DNA of 43,753 bases from the IMG/VR virus record IMGVR_UViG_3300045988_081405; one strand, given 5' to 3'. A program made the position numbers and the translations under genes. The stretch is from a virus. A model generated the notes under the pieces. The model saw nothing but the letters and a program-made list of their open reading frames with translations. It searched no databases and had not been told where the DNA came from. Positions 7,186-15,890 of the stretch are shown piece after piece. How positions within the stretch are numbered: position 1 is the first letter of the stretch; each line of letters begins with the position of its first letter.

Positions 7186-8314
7186 AATGAATTTCTACCT
7201 TTCTTTTAGTCGATTTTCGAGTAGACCTTCGACCTTTACCCTTAGGAGTTTTATTTTTCTTTTTAGCCTCACGCTCTAGGCGTTTCTTTTCTTTAGCTTC
7301 TAAGGAATGGTCTACCTTTTCTTTAGTCATAAGATTTTCAAATTCAATCTCGAGTTTCATGGTATGTTGACCGTTTTTGAAATCATGAGTATCACTCTTG
7401 ATCCAGAACTTGCCACTTAACTCGGTAATCACATCTCTAATTTCAACAGAATACGAGGATAATGCGTCATAATCACCTAAACAATCAATCACGCCAGTCC
7501 GTTCAGGTTTCTTAAATATATCCTTTACTTCATCCGCCGTGTTTTTGTTCTTATTCTCCTTATAGACTGCTTGTATCATAGAGTAGCGTTGAATTTGGTC
7601 GTCTTTACTTTCATACCTAACAAAGTTACCTTTATCATCAACAATCATGACTTTATTAATCATGTTTTCAATTGACTCTTTAAATGATGAGTCAGTAATA
7701 TTCCTGTATTGGTCTATTACTAGTCCTTCAATCAATGAACCTTTCTCTATGACGTCGAGTTCGTCTCCCTCCATCATAGCTTGATATTTTTTGTTGGTCT
7801 TTTTAGCGGCCTCTGTATAAGCCATAAGTATGATTTGATAACCTGACTTGTTATTAGCTATAAAAGTTATCTTTTCTTTGGTTTCAGCAAGGTTACCTAC
7901 TTTAATCCCCATTTCCTTGCATACAGCCTTTGCTATATCTTCAGCGGTCATATTGGTGAATTTACGAGTAGTCTTTGATTTACTTAATATAAACATGTTG
8001 TCATAACATGTTACTGTAATTCGTGATGCAGATGTTTTGCGTTCGGTGGTATATATATTACCTACGAATTGCACATCGCCATCTTCTGAGTACCCTTTAA
8101 TGGTTTCACCGATACTCACTGTATAGATAGGCCAGTTCGGATCGCGTGGTTCTTGTACTAAGACAAATTCAAGTTTTCTAGCTGCTTGAATACGCGAACC
8201 GGACCAGTTAACATGCTCAACTAAATGAGTAATATCATTTTCAACAGGAACTTTTTTCTCTTCGCCAGTCTTTTCATCTTTAACTGTTTTAGTGCCAATA
8301 TGTTTAACTATCAT
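7175..8314 (-). CDS. Tail/baseplate hub protein, XkdQ (late control D-like)
   Basis: 379 aa; position after the XkdP-like protein and the tape measure; basic C-terminal tail. Confidence 0.6.
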   Translation of the reverse strand: MIVKHIGTKTVKDEKTGEEKKVPVENDITHLVEHVNWSGSRIQAARKLEFVLVQEPRDPNWPIYTVSIGETIKGYSEDGDVQFVGNIYTTERKTSASRITVTCYDNMFILSKSKTTRKFTNMTAEDIAKAVCKEMGIKVGNLAETKEKITFIANNKSGYQIILMAYTEAAKKTNKKYQAMMEGDELDVIEKGSLIEGLVIDQYRNITDSSFKESIENMINKVMIVDDKGNFVRYESKDDQIQRYSMIQAVYKENKNKNTADEVKDIFKKPERTGVIDCLGDYDALSSYSVEIRDVITELSGKFWIKSDTHDFKNGQHTMKLEIEFENLMTKEKVDHSLEAKEKKRLEREAKKKNKTPKGKGRRSTRKSTKRKVEIHYVE

Positions 8315-8315
8315 A

Positions 8316-9023
8316 TTATTTCACCTTCAACTTTCTAAGCTGGCTAAGATTATTAATCGCTAAATTCTTTAGGTCATTTGATTGGATAATGCGTTCATAA
8401 TGACGATAATTGCCATATGCCTTTTTAGCAGCATCCAACACATCAGAACCTTTACTGAACAATGTTGCTGTTTTAGGTTTTTGAGCAACAGAAGGCCTAT
8501 CTTTTAAGCCTGTCGTTTCATCAACTGGCTTATCATCACCAGTGGCAGGCGTGTTAAGGTCTTTATGTTCCTTAAATGTTAGCGTGTAATACATATCCCC
8601 TGTATTTTCCTGTTTCTTATATGGGAATGACTCGATTCCCATCATTAAATTAATAGGGCCATCGCTTATGATGACCCTAACAGGTTTCTTTGATGTTTTC
8701 CACTTTTCTATGAGGTTAATAATTTCAATAGGCTTACGCTTATCGCCAACAATAAACGGATAATCTTTCGCTGGAAAAAATCCTTCGAATGATAATGTTT
8801 TGAGTTTAGGGTTTCCAAATAAAAGCACCTCACCTATTTGAGTAATATCAACAGTTTTGTTCTCCTGTTCATTACCGACCTCATATTTAACTGGAGTAAC
8901 AGGAAGCACCAACTTTTCTTCATCTTGCGAAATAATGATAGTTGGTAGTTCTCTTGCTCCTTTACCAAATGCGAATGATAAAAGCGATAAGGCACGCCCT
9001 ATACCGCTAACGAATTTTGACAT
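8316..9023 (-). CDS. Tail protein, XkdP-like with a LysM-like C-terminal segment
   Basis: Immediately downstream of the tape measure. C-terminal GSDVLDAAKKAYGNYRHYERIIQSNDL resembles LysM. Confidence 0.5.
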   Translation of the reverse strand: MSKFVSGIGRALSLLSFAFGKGARELPTIIISQDEEKLVLPVTPVKYEVGNEQENKTVDITQIGEVLLFGNPKLKTLSFEGFFPAKDYPFIVGDKRKPIEIINLIEKWKTSKKPVRVIISDGPINLMMGIESFPYKKQENTGDMYYTLTFKEHKDLNTPATGDDKPVDETTGLKDRPSVAQKPKTATLFSKGSDVLDAAKKAYGNYRHYERIIQSNDLKNLAINNLSQLRKLKVK

Positions 9024-9025
9024 GC

Positions 9026-11854
9026 CTATACACCTCCATAATTTGTTTCAGCAGCACCAAACATCGAGAATAAAGAATGAGCAATACGGTCTATATCTGC
9101 TTCTTCTCTAACAACAAATGTATTTCCTGTAACGGTGTAATTGTTACCACCGCCACCAGCTCCGCTAAATTCTTTTGCTAGCATTTTTTCGGTTGTTGCA
9201 TGTGGGTAAATTCTAGATCCACTAGGTAGGTCTACAATTTCACCGCCACGTTCATTAATTTCAGTCCAGCCACCGCCGAAGTAATTCGTACCAGTAGCAT
9301 GACCTGTTAAGCCTGTAATTTGTGCACCCCTTGCTTGTGCAGCACTTAACGCATTACCCAAACCGCTAAATACTTCACTTGCTTTAGCTTTTAATGGTCC
9401 CCAAACGTTAGCATCGAACCAACCTGCAACAGCACCCCAAATGCCTTTAATTGATTCCCAAGCACCACTAAAGAACCCGGTAACGCTATCCAACATACTG
9501 CTAGCATAGCTTTTAATAGGCTCCCAAATATTGCTGTTAAACCAATCGGCAACAGGCCCAAATATTGTAGATATCGCATCCCAAGCAAACCCAAACAAGC
9601 CTGCAATAGTATTAATAACAGGAGTACAAGTATCAACAATGCTATTCCATTTGTTGGAGAACCATTCTGTTATACCGTCGAGATTATTGGTAATTCCGTC
9701 AAATATTTCTTGAGCGAACTGTTCCCCAAATATTGCACCACCGATACCACCTAATGCACCACCAATAGCACCACCAACGGCAGTTCCCACACCAGGAGCA
9801 ATAGAACCTAATGCGGCACCACCCATAGCACCAAGTTTAGCACCAGCCAAACCACCGGCAAGACTACCGCCAATACCTGCAGCTGTTCGACCTTTATTAT
9901 CGGAGTTAGCCATATCGTATGCACCCATGGCTACAGTTAAAGGTAAAAATGCTTTACCACCGACTTTAGATAGTAGGCCTCCTAACTTGCTTGCACCTTT
10001 TCCGAGAATACCAAACCCTTTAGATACACCTCTACCTACTTTGCCAAATTTACCACCGCCAGTAGTTTTAGGTGGAACAGTACCAACGCCACCACCTTTA
10101 CCGGAAGCCTTTCCTTTACCTCCACCACCTGGGCCATAACCACCACCGTCATAAACGTTCTTTCCGTAGACATAAACATTAATGCAATGAATAGTAGTAT
10201 CGTCGCCCATAGCATCTTCAATACCGCCACTAGCACCGCCTTTACCACCTAGCATGCCTGCAATACCTTTACCAGCACCCCAAACTTTCTTACCAAGTTT
10301 AAAAGCACCAACACTAAGGGCAGCCAATGCGGCCGTAGATAATATAGACGGTAGTCCGTCCATTTTTGCGGTTTGTTTAACCATTTCTTTAATGGCAGAT
10401 GTAATGCCATCAATTACTGATTTAACTGTAAAGCCGTTCTTTTCAACGTTTTCAGTAAAGCCAGTAAACCAGTTATCAATGCCTTGAACAATATCTCTAA
10501 AGCCACCAATTTTACCGCTCATTAATTTAGTAGTGAACGAATCCCAGTCGCCTGATAGTTGTTCTAGGTCGCCTTTTAAGTTGTCCATACGGATCTTCGC
10601 CATTCGTTCAGCAGCACCGTTAGAATTATCAATAGCCTCTGCCAACTTTTCGAAATCACCATCTGACGAGTTAACTAATGCCAATAGACCTGACATAGCT
10701 TCTTGACCGGCAAGCATACCAGCTACCGCCGCTTTACTTTCCGGAGTTAATTTCTTCATACCTTCGCGAATGTCGGCGATAATATCCCTAAATGGTTTCA
10801 TCTTGCCGTTTGAATCTGTAATGCTAAGACCTAATATATCCATTGCTTGCCCTGACTCTTTTGTCGGTTTAACTAATCGAGTCATCATAGAACGGAGCGA
10901 TGTACCAGCTTCGGAGGCTTTAATGCCTTGGTTAGCCATAAGGCCAACAGCAAGAGCAGTATCTTGAATACTGAACCCTAATGCACCTGCTACTGGAGCA
11001 GCGTATTTAAACGTTTGGCCCATCATAGCAACGTTGGTATTTGAGTTAGTAGCTGCTGCTGCTAACACATCAGCAAACATAGCAGAGTCTTTGGCTTGTA
11101 AACCAAATGCAGATAAGCTATCAGTTACAATATCAGAAGTCATAGCAAGATCTTCACCGGATGCGGCCGCTAAGTTCATGATACCGGCAATACCGCCTAT
11201 CATATCTTCAGTTTTCCAGCCAGCCATCCCCATATACTTAAATGCTTGTGCAGATTCTAAAGCACTGAACTTTGTATCAGCGCCCATTTGAATTGCTTTT
11301 TCATTCAAGCGTTGGAACTCGTCAGCCGTAGCACCTGAAATCGCTTTTACAGCAGACATTTCTTCTTCAAAATCAGCATAGCCTTTTACAGCGTCGAATA
11401 TACCAAACCCAATGCCACCCATAGCGGCCATTTGAGCACCTGCACCTAATAAGGCGCCATTTAACTTATTAGAAGCAGCACCAACAGCACCAGTCATTTT
11501 TTGTTTAACTGCTACCGTAGCGGTATATACTTTACCTTTAAAGCCGTTTAATTGAGATTGTACTTGACTGATTGTAGAGCTTGCATTGTTTTTAGCCTTG
11601 ATATTAACAGATACATTACTTCCGGCTTGCTTTAACTTTGTAATGCTACTCGTTGCACTTTGAGCGGCTTGTTGCACCCCTTTAACAGAGCTTGTAGCCG
11701 TACTCATATTTCTACTAACAGACGAAACGGCAGGAGATAAACCAGTAGTTGATTTAACTAAACCTTGCAATGATTGTTGGGCTTTTTGTATCCCTTTCGT
11801 AAACCCTCTATCATCAAGAGAGAGTTCAACGCTTAATTTTTGTGTATCAGCCAC
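9026..11854 (-). CDS. Tail tape measure protein
   Basis: 942 aa with GTG start and AGGGAGG RBS. Helical N-terminal half, Gly-rich central tract and W-x repeat tail. Position after the chaperone pair. Confidence 0.9.
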   Translation of the reverse strand: MADTQKLSVELSLDDRGFTKGIQKAQQSLQGLVKSTTGLSPAVSSVSRNMSTATSSVKGVQQAAQSATSSITKLKQAGSNVSVNIKAKNNASSTISQVQSQLNGFKGKVYTATVAVKQKMTGAVGAASNKLNGALLGAGAQMAAMGGIGFGIFDAVKGYADFEEEMSAVKAISGATADEFQRLNEKAIQMGADTKFSALESAQAFKYMGMAGWKTEDMIGGIAGIMNLAAASGEDLAMTSDIVTDSLSAFGLQAKDSAMFADVLAAAATNSNTNVAMMGQTFKYAAPVAGALGFSIQDTALAVGLMANQGIKASEAGTSLRSMMTRLVKPTKESGQAMDILGLSITDSNGKMKPFRDIIADIREGMKKLTPESKAAVAGMLAGQEAMSGLLALVNSSDGDFEKLAEAIDNSNGAAERMAKIRMDNLKGDLEQLSGDWDSFTTKLMSGKIGGFRDIVQGIDNWFTGFTENVEKNGFTVKSVIDGITSAIKEMVKQTAKMDGLPSILSTAALAALSVGAFKLGKKVWGAGKGIAGMLGGKGGASGGIEDAMGDDTTIHCINVYVYGKNVYDGGGYGPGGGGKGKASGKGGGVGTVPPKTTGGGKFGKVGRGVSKGFGILGKGASKLGGLLSKVGGKAFLPLTVAMGAYDMANSDNKGRTAAGIGGSLAGGLAGAKLGAMGGAALGSIAPGVGTAVGGAIGGALGGIGGAIFGEQFAQEIFDGITNNLDGITEWFSNKWNSIVDTCTPVINTIAGLFGFAWDAISTIFGPVADWFNSNIWEPIKSYASSMLDSVTGFFSGAWESIKGIWGAVAGWFDANVWGPLKAKASEVFSGLGNALSAAQARGAQITGLTGHATGTNYFGGGWTEINERGGEIVDLPSGSRIYPHATTEKMLAKEFSGAGGGGNNYTVTGNTFVVREEADIDRIAHSLFSMFGAAETNYGGV

Positions 11855-12035
11855 CTAGTACCTCCCTTAGAGCAATTTTAGCAACCTCGATACGTTCTTT
11901 TCTTTCTTTATCCATAGCTACACGGCACATGATTTTTTCCATAGTAGTTAGCCTAAAGAAATAATCAAACGTATGACCCTTTAAAACTAAGTAGGCGGCC
12001 GTAGCCGCCTCCCAGTCTTCTTCTATTACTTTTTT
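11847..12035 (-). CDS. -1 frameshift extension of the tail assembly chaperone (G/GT-like)
   Basis: Slippery A_AAA_AAG at 12029-12035 in the zero frame just before the chaperone stop. The -1 frame stays open for about 61 codons, to the TGA at 11847, overlapping the tape-measure start. Confidence 0.6.
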   Translation of the reverse strand, partial: KKVIEEDWEAATAAYLVLKGHTFDYFFRLTTMEKIMCRVAMDKERKERIEVAKIALREVLGG

Positions 12036-12388
12036 GCTTCGTCAATGATAGCGTGGTTGAGTTTCTTACCAGCGCCTACAGATTCAATCAATACAGTACT
12101 AATCGCTTTTACTTCGCCAACATCAAATACTTTATCAACGATATCCATCGGTTCAACGCATTCATATGCTTGTTGTAATTCTTTGTCTTTCAAGTTAGGT
12201 TCAATAATGCAGTTATACACCACATATTGGTCATTATTACTTTCAAGGCCTAAGGCTTCCGCCATAATAGAAGCAGTAGGTTTTTTCGCTACTACTTCAC
12301 CAATGGAAGTTTCAATAGTTAATTTTTGCGCTTTACGAGCGTTAATTTCTTCACGTTTAGCGATTAGTTCGTTAATAGAAATAGACAT
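12026..12388 (-). CDS. Tail assembly chaperone (XkdN-like)
   Basis: 120 aa, between the tube and tape-measure genes. Confidence 0.7.
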   Translation of the reverse strand: MSISINELIAKREEINARKAQKLTIETSIGEVVAKKPTASIMAEALGLESNNDQYVVYNCIIEPNLKDKELQQAYECVEPMDIVDKVFDVGEVKAISTVLIESVGAGKKLNHAIIDEAKK

Positions 12389-12405
12389 AGTTAATTTCCT
12401 TTCAA

Positions 12406-12897
12406 TTAGTCAATAGATTCCATGAATTGTGCATCTTCAGGAGTGAAGCCAAAAGGTAATTCAGTTTCAACAACTTTACCTTTTTCAAAATTCATAAGAG
12501 GAATTTTAGTAAACCAAACATTATCAATCGTGATACGTTCTTTTTGACCGTCCACTGCGTCAGGATCATCAAGTAAACCAATAAGAGTAGTACGAGGGTC
12601 GTGGCCTGCACTCCATTCTTCTAACAATTTACGATGATTGCGGTTAATAACGTTTTTAATTTTAATTGTGCCTTCGCCTTTGAGTGCTGTTACCTTGCTG
12701 TCAACAGAGTTGCCGATGATTACATCTTCTCGTTGAGACTCAACGCTAGCTTCGAAACTTTCAATTTCGAATACCAACTCACCATCAAGCCACAATTTGC
12801 CGTGAGAGCCGTTCCAGCGACGGCGACCACGGAATTTAACATCTTCAGCAGCACGAGCGAATGTTTGTAAATCAAATGTAAATTTGTCTTTATTCAT
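12406..12897 (-). CDS. Tail tube protein (XkdM-like)
   Basis: 163 aa, directly after the sheath gene. Confidence 0.75.
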   Translation of the reverse strand: MNKDKFTFDLQTFARAAEDVKFRGRRRWNGSHGKLWLDGELVFEIESFEASVESQREDVIIGNSVDSKVTALKGEGTIKIKNVINRNHRKLLEEWSAGHDPRTTLIGLLDDPDAVDGQKERITIDNVWFTKIPLMNFEKGKVVETELPFGFTPEDAQFMESID

Positions 12898-12914
12898 GCT
12901 TGTATTCCTTTCTA

Positions 12915-14045
12915 TTACATTGTGAATGTAATCTTCAAATCTTCCATAGCATCCACGAATTTAACTTTGCCGGATAAACCGATTTTAGCGCCAGTATTGT
13001 ATTCACGAATTTGCATGTCAGTCATTTGAGATACATCCTCGCCTTTAATGATTGCGTAGTCTTTTTGGAATTGGAAGTCGATATCTACGGTGTTACCTGC
13101 TCGACCATCAAGCACGTTACCAGCCAATTGACCAAAGTATACTAAGATAGCGCCAATGAATAGCATTTTATGGTCGTAGTCATTGATGTATTTACCAACA
13201 TAGTATTTTTTAAAGGTATCGCGAACATCATCTGTTACCATATCCACGCCTTCCATAATTTTGATTTTACGGAATTCTTCGCCCTTATCAGTTGTGAATG
13301 TTTGCAAAGAGTTGCAAGCACGAGCGATTTTAACACCTTCGCCATCTTCTTCGTCGAATAAGTGCAATTCGCCTTTATCAATGCGGTCATTCAAGTCTTC
13401 GTACACTTTAACAGACTCAACTTCAGTCAATTTAAAATATGTTGCGGAACGGTCCAATGCCAAGCCTGCTAAAATACCAGCGATACGAGCCGTATATTCA
13501 ATTGGAGTATATGTTTTATAAGTAGTTTTACCAGCTGTATTTTGACCTGTAGCAACTTTAATTTCTTCCGTGCAGAAATTAATAACGCCTTCATGGTCTG
13601 CCGCTACACCACCAACAACTGCTTTAACTGTTTTACGGCTGTTATTGCGTTCTGCTTTAATGTAGGACGCCAAATCTTGTTGGTCTTGCAATGTGCCAGT
13701 AGGAGATGCGATGTAGTTATAGCGAATATGCTTCAATTGTTTTAACAATGTAGCTTGTGTATTTTTAGGTGCTTGAACGCTTGCTTTAGGTAACGTATAT
13801 ACCAAAATACGTAAAGGAGTACCGTCAAGACATTTCTTAATAAGATCCGTACTTGCTTCATCAAATACACCTTCCGGAATTTCAGATACATCAGAAATTT
13901 TATATTTGTTAGATGTATCCGTGCTTTCGCATTTCAAAATCAATACAACCACGCCACGTGCAGAACGTTTAATCGCTGTAATACCTTTGGTTTTAAAGTC
14001 AATTAAGACCTGTGGTAAGCCAAATTTTTCGGTTTCGTTAGCCAT
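12915..14045 (-). CDS. Contractile tail sheath protein (XkdK-like)
   Basis: 376 aa; synteny and family-like sequence. Confidence 0.8.
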   Translation of the reverse strand: MANETEKFGLPQVLIDFKTKGITAIKRSARGVVVLILKCESTDTSNKYKISDVSEIPEGVFDEASTDLIKKCLDGTPLRILVYTLPKASVQAPKNTQATLLKQLKHIRYNYIASPTGTLQDQQDLASYIKAERNNSRKTVKAVVGGVAADHEGVINFCTEEIKVATGQNTAGKTTYKTYTPIEYTARIAGILAGLALDRSATYFKLTEVESVKVYEDLNDRIDKGELHLFDEEDGEGVKIARACNSLQTFTTDKGEEFRKIKIMEGVDMVTDDVRDTFKKYYVGKYINDYDHKMLFIGAILVYFGQLAGNVLDGRAGNTVDIDFQFQKDYAIIKGEDVSQMTDMQIREYNTGAKIGLSGKVKFVDAMEDLKITFTM

Positions 14046-14514
14046 TAGTTACCTCCTCGGTTAAATTAATACCATTAAGGCTAAAAGTAAGAGTTTGAGC
14101 GACTTCATTTCGAATAAATCCTACTTCTTCATCTGTGAATGCGTCCTCAAATTCTAGGTTGAAAATAAAGTGCAATACTTCATCTATGAATGTATGTTCA
14201 AAGTCGTTAATAGTAATGTATCTATCATCGACTTTAAGCACTGGTCTAAATAAGCACTCTAAACTATCAGACATTTCATATAGTTCAGAGCGTTTAATTC
14301 GTCCGTATTTATCCTCAATAGGTCTAAAGGTTATATCAACCTGTACAGTCCTATCAAAGTATGTATAATCACCAACACCGGACCGGACGAACATTTCGAT
14401 ATAAAAATAAGGTGCATTCGACTTTTCTATGTTGTCGAAATACACCTTATAATTAGGATATTTACTTTTTAACAGCTCGACTAGAGCTTTCTGTATCGCC
14501 CTTAATTTAATCAT
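14038..14514 (-). CDS. Tail completion/neck protein (XkdJ-like)
   Basis: Position between the HK97 gp10-like protein and the sheath. Confidence 0.5.
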   Translation of the reverse strand: MIKLRAIQKALVELLKSKYPNYKVYFDNIEKSNAPYFYIEMFVRSGVGDYTYFDRTVQVDITFRPIEDKYGRIKRSELYEMSDSLECLFRPVLKVDDRYITINDFEHTFIDEVLHFIFNLEFEDAFTDEEVGFIRNEVAQTLTFSLNGINLTEEVTNG

Positions 14515-14872
14515 TGGTTAAGCTCCTCAATATAATTCTCGCATTCCTAGCGAATTGACTACGCATGCCAACTATTGAGCGATGTAACATTTTACGGCCT
14601 TTAACATACCCGCCATTGCGTGTACGATGTCCATATTCTACATGATTTGCATACTCGGTATTATTATAGATCTCAACTTTACCATTCATAACCCCTGTAC
14701 GTTTCCATGAATTTCGTAACAGGCCAGTATCAACAGGCGTTTTCATCTTAACATCGTTAATCATAAGTTCAGCACTTTGAGCGAGTACTGTGTCAACGTG
14801 TTCAGGATACTCACCTAATGAATCGGAGAACTTTTGAATGAGTTCATCAAACCCTGTTAACTTAACACCCAT
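14507..14872 (-). CDS. HK97 gp10-family head-tail joining protein
   Basis: 121 aa; the LRNSWK..EYGH pattern is typical of the family. Confidence 0.6.
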   Translation of the reverse strand: MGVKLTGFDELIQKFSDSLGEYPEHVDTVLAQSAELMINDVKMKTPVDTGLLRNSWKRTGVMNGKVEIYNNTEYANHVEYGHRTRNGGYVKGRKMLHRSIVGMRSQFARNARIILRSLTND

Positions 14873-15237
14873 TATGCTTCACCGTCTTTCAATAACTTAA
14901 TTTCTTGATGTGTCATATATTTGAACGGCGTATCAGCACGCATGACAAACGATTGCCCCTCGTGCGAAATAAAGATAATGTCATTAGGTTTAACATCGTA
15001 TTCAGGGGATAAACACAAACGCAATCTATCACTTAATGTAAACGTGCTGTCTGTCTCGGTTCCATTAGTACTAGCAGATTGACCTGTTTGACCTAATCTA
15101 CATGGAACATCACTGTATACCGCTGTTAATTCGTACACATCAGCACCTATATCGTCAGTAGTTGCCATTTGCCGTGAGATTGTACAAGTATCTTTGTACA
15201 TAATATCCGCAAGCAGTTTGCCATATGTATTAGCCAT
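14872..15237 (-). CDS. Head closure/head-tail adaptor protein
   Basis: Size and synteny. Confidence 0.5.
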   Translation of the reverse strand: MANTYGKLLADIMYKDTCTISRQMATTDDIGADVYELTAVYSDVPCRLGQTGQSASTNGTETDSTFTLSDRLRLCLSPEYDVKPNDIIFISHEGQSFVMRADTPFKYMTHQEIKLLKDGEA

Positions 15238-15628
15238 TCGACCACACCACTTTTCTATATAGGTTTAGTTTAGTACGAATGCTTTCAAAGTCCTTTTCAC
15301 TAATACAGCCAATAGGAGATACGTCCTCAACAGCCCATGTGAACTCAACATCGTTTTCTTTTAACGATTTAAGAGGGCCGTGCGTATCACTAAACTTATC
15401 CTTGATATACTTAACAGCTAATTCAGAAGCGGTATAAATCAACGTTCTTGGAAAGTCCGCTCTATGGCAGTAGTCCATGCAATCAAGGATAAACTTTTCT
15501 GCGAATACATCTAAATATGTATCATAATTCACGTTGTTTAGACTGCTAATAGCTGATACAAGGCGATGAGTGGCGTCAATAATGCCTTTCTTTGCCTCAT
15601 CAAAATCTAAATATTTAACATTTCCCAA
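15230..15628 (-). CDS. Head-tail connector protein (gp6-like)
   Basis: Size and synteny. Confidence 0.5.
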   Translation of the reverse strand: MGNVKYLDFDEAKKGIIDATHRLVSAISSLNNVNYDTYLDVFAEKFILDCMDYCHRADFPRTLIYTASELAVKYIKDKFSDTHGPLKSLKENDVEFTWAVEDVSPIGCISEKDFESIRTKLNLYRKVVWSNG

Positions 15629-15639
15629 AGTTACACCTC

Positions 15640-15885
15640 TTAATATCTAACATGTTCCCAAAGTTCTTCATCGAATTGTTCGAGCGGTTCATTATTTGCA
15701 ATAGCAGCAGCGAGCATCTTCGTACTATCATCTAGTTCTTCAACTGTAATTTCATTTGGATGAATCACGATAACACGATCCAAAGAATTTTCACCAAACA
15801 TAGATATATATGCTTCGCACATGCTATTAAATCTAGTTAAAGCATCATTAAACGCTTTATTATCTTTTATTGCCATAACAAACAC
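15640..15885 (-). CDS. Small acidic hypothetical protein (candidate immunity/partner of the MuF C-terminal domain)
   Basis: 81-aa ORF immediately downstream of the MuF-HExxH gene. Confidence 0.5.
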   Translation of the reverse strand: MFVMAIKDNKAFNDALTRFNSMCEAYISMFGENSLDRVIVIHPNEITVEELDDSTKMLAAAIANNEPLEQFDEELWEHVRY

Positions 15886-15890
15886 GCTCC

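Noticed and set aside
9927-10139. Pro-rich plus-strand ORF (and other plus-strand ORFs 9531-11291) inside the tape-measure gene
   Set aside because: These are mirror images of the Gly-rich tape-measure coding region (GGN codons read as NCC). There are no translation signals.
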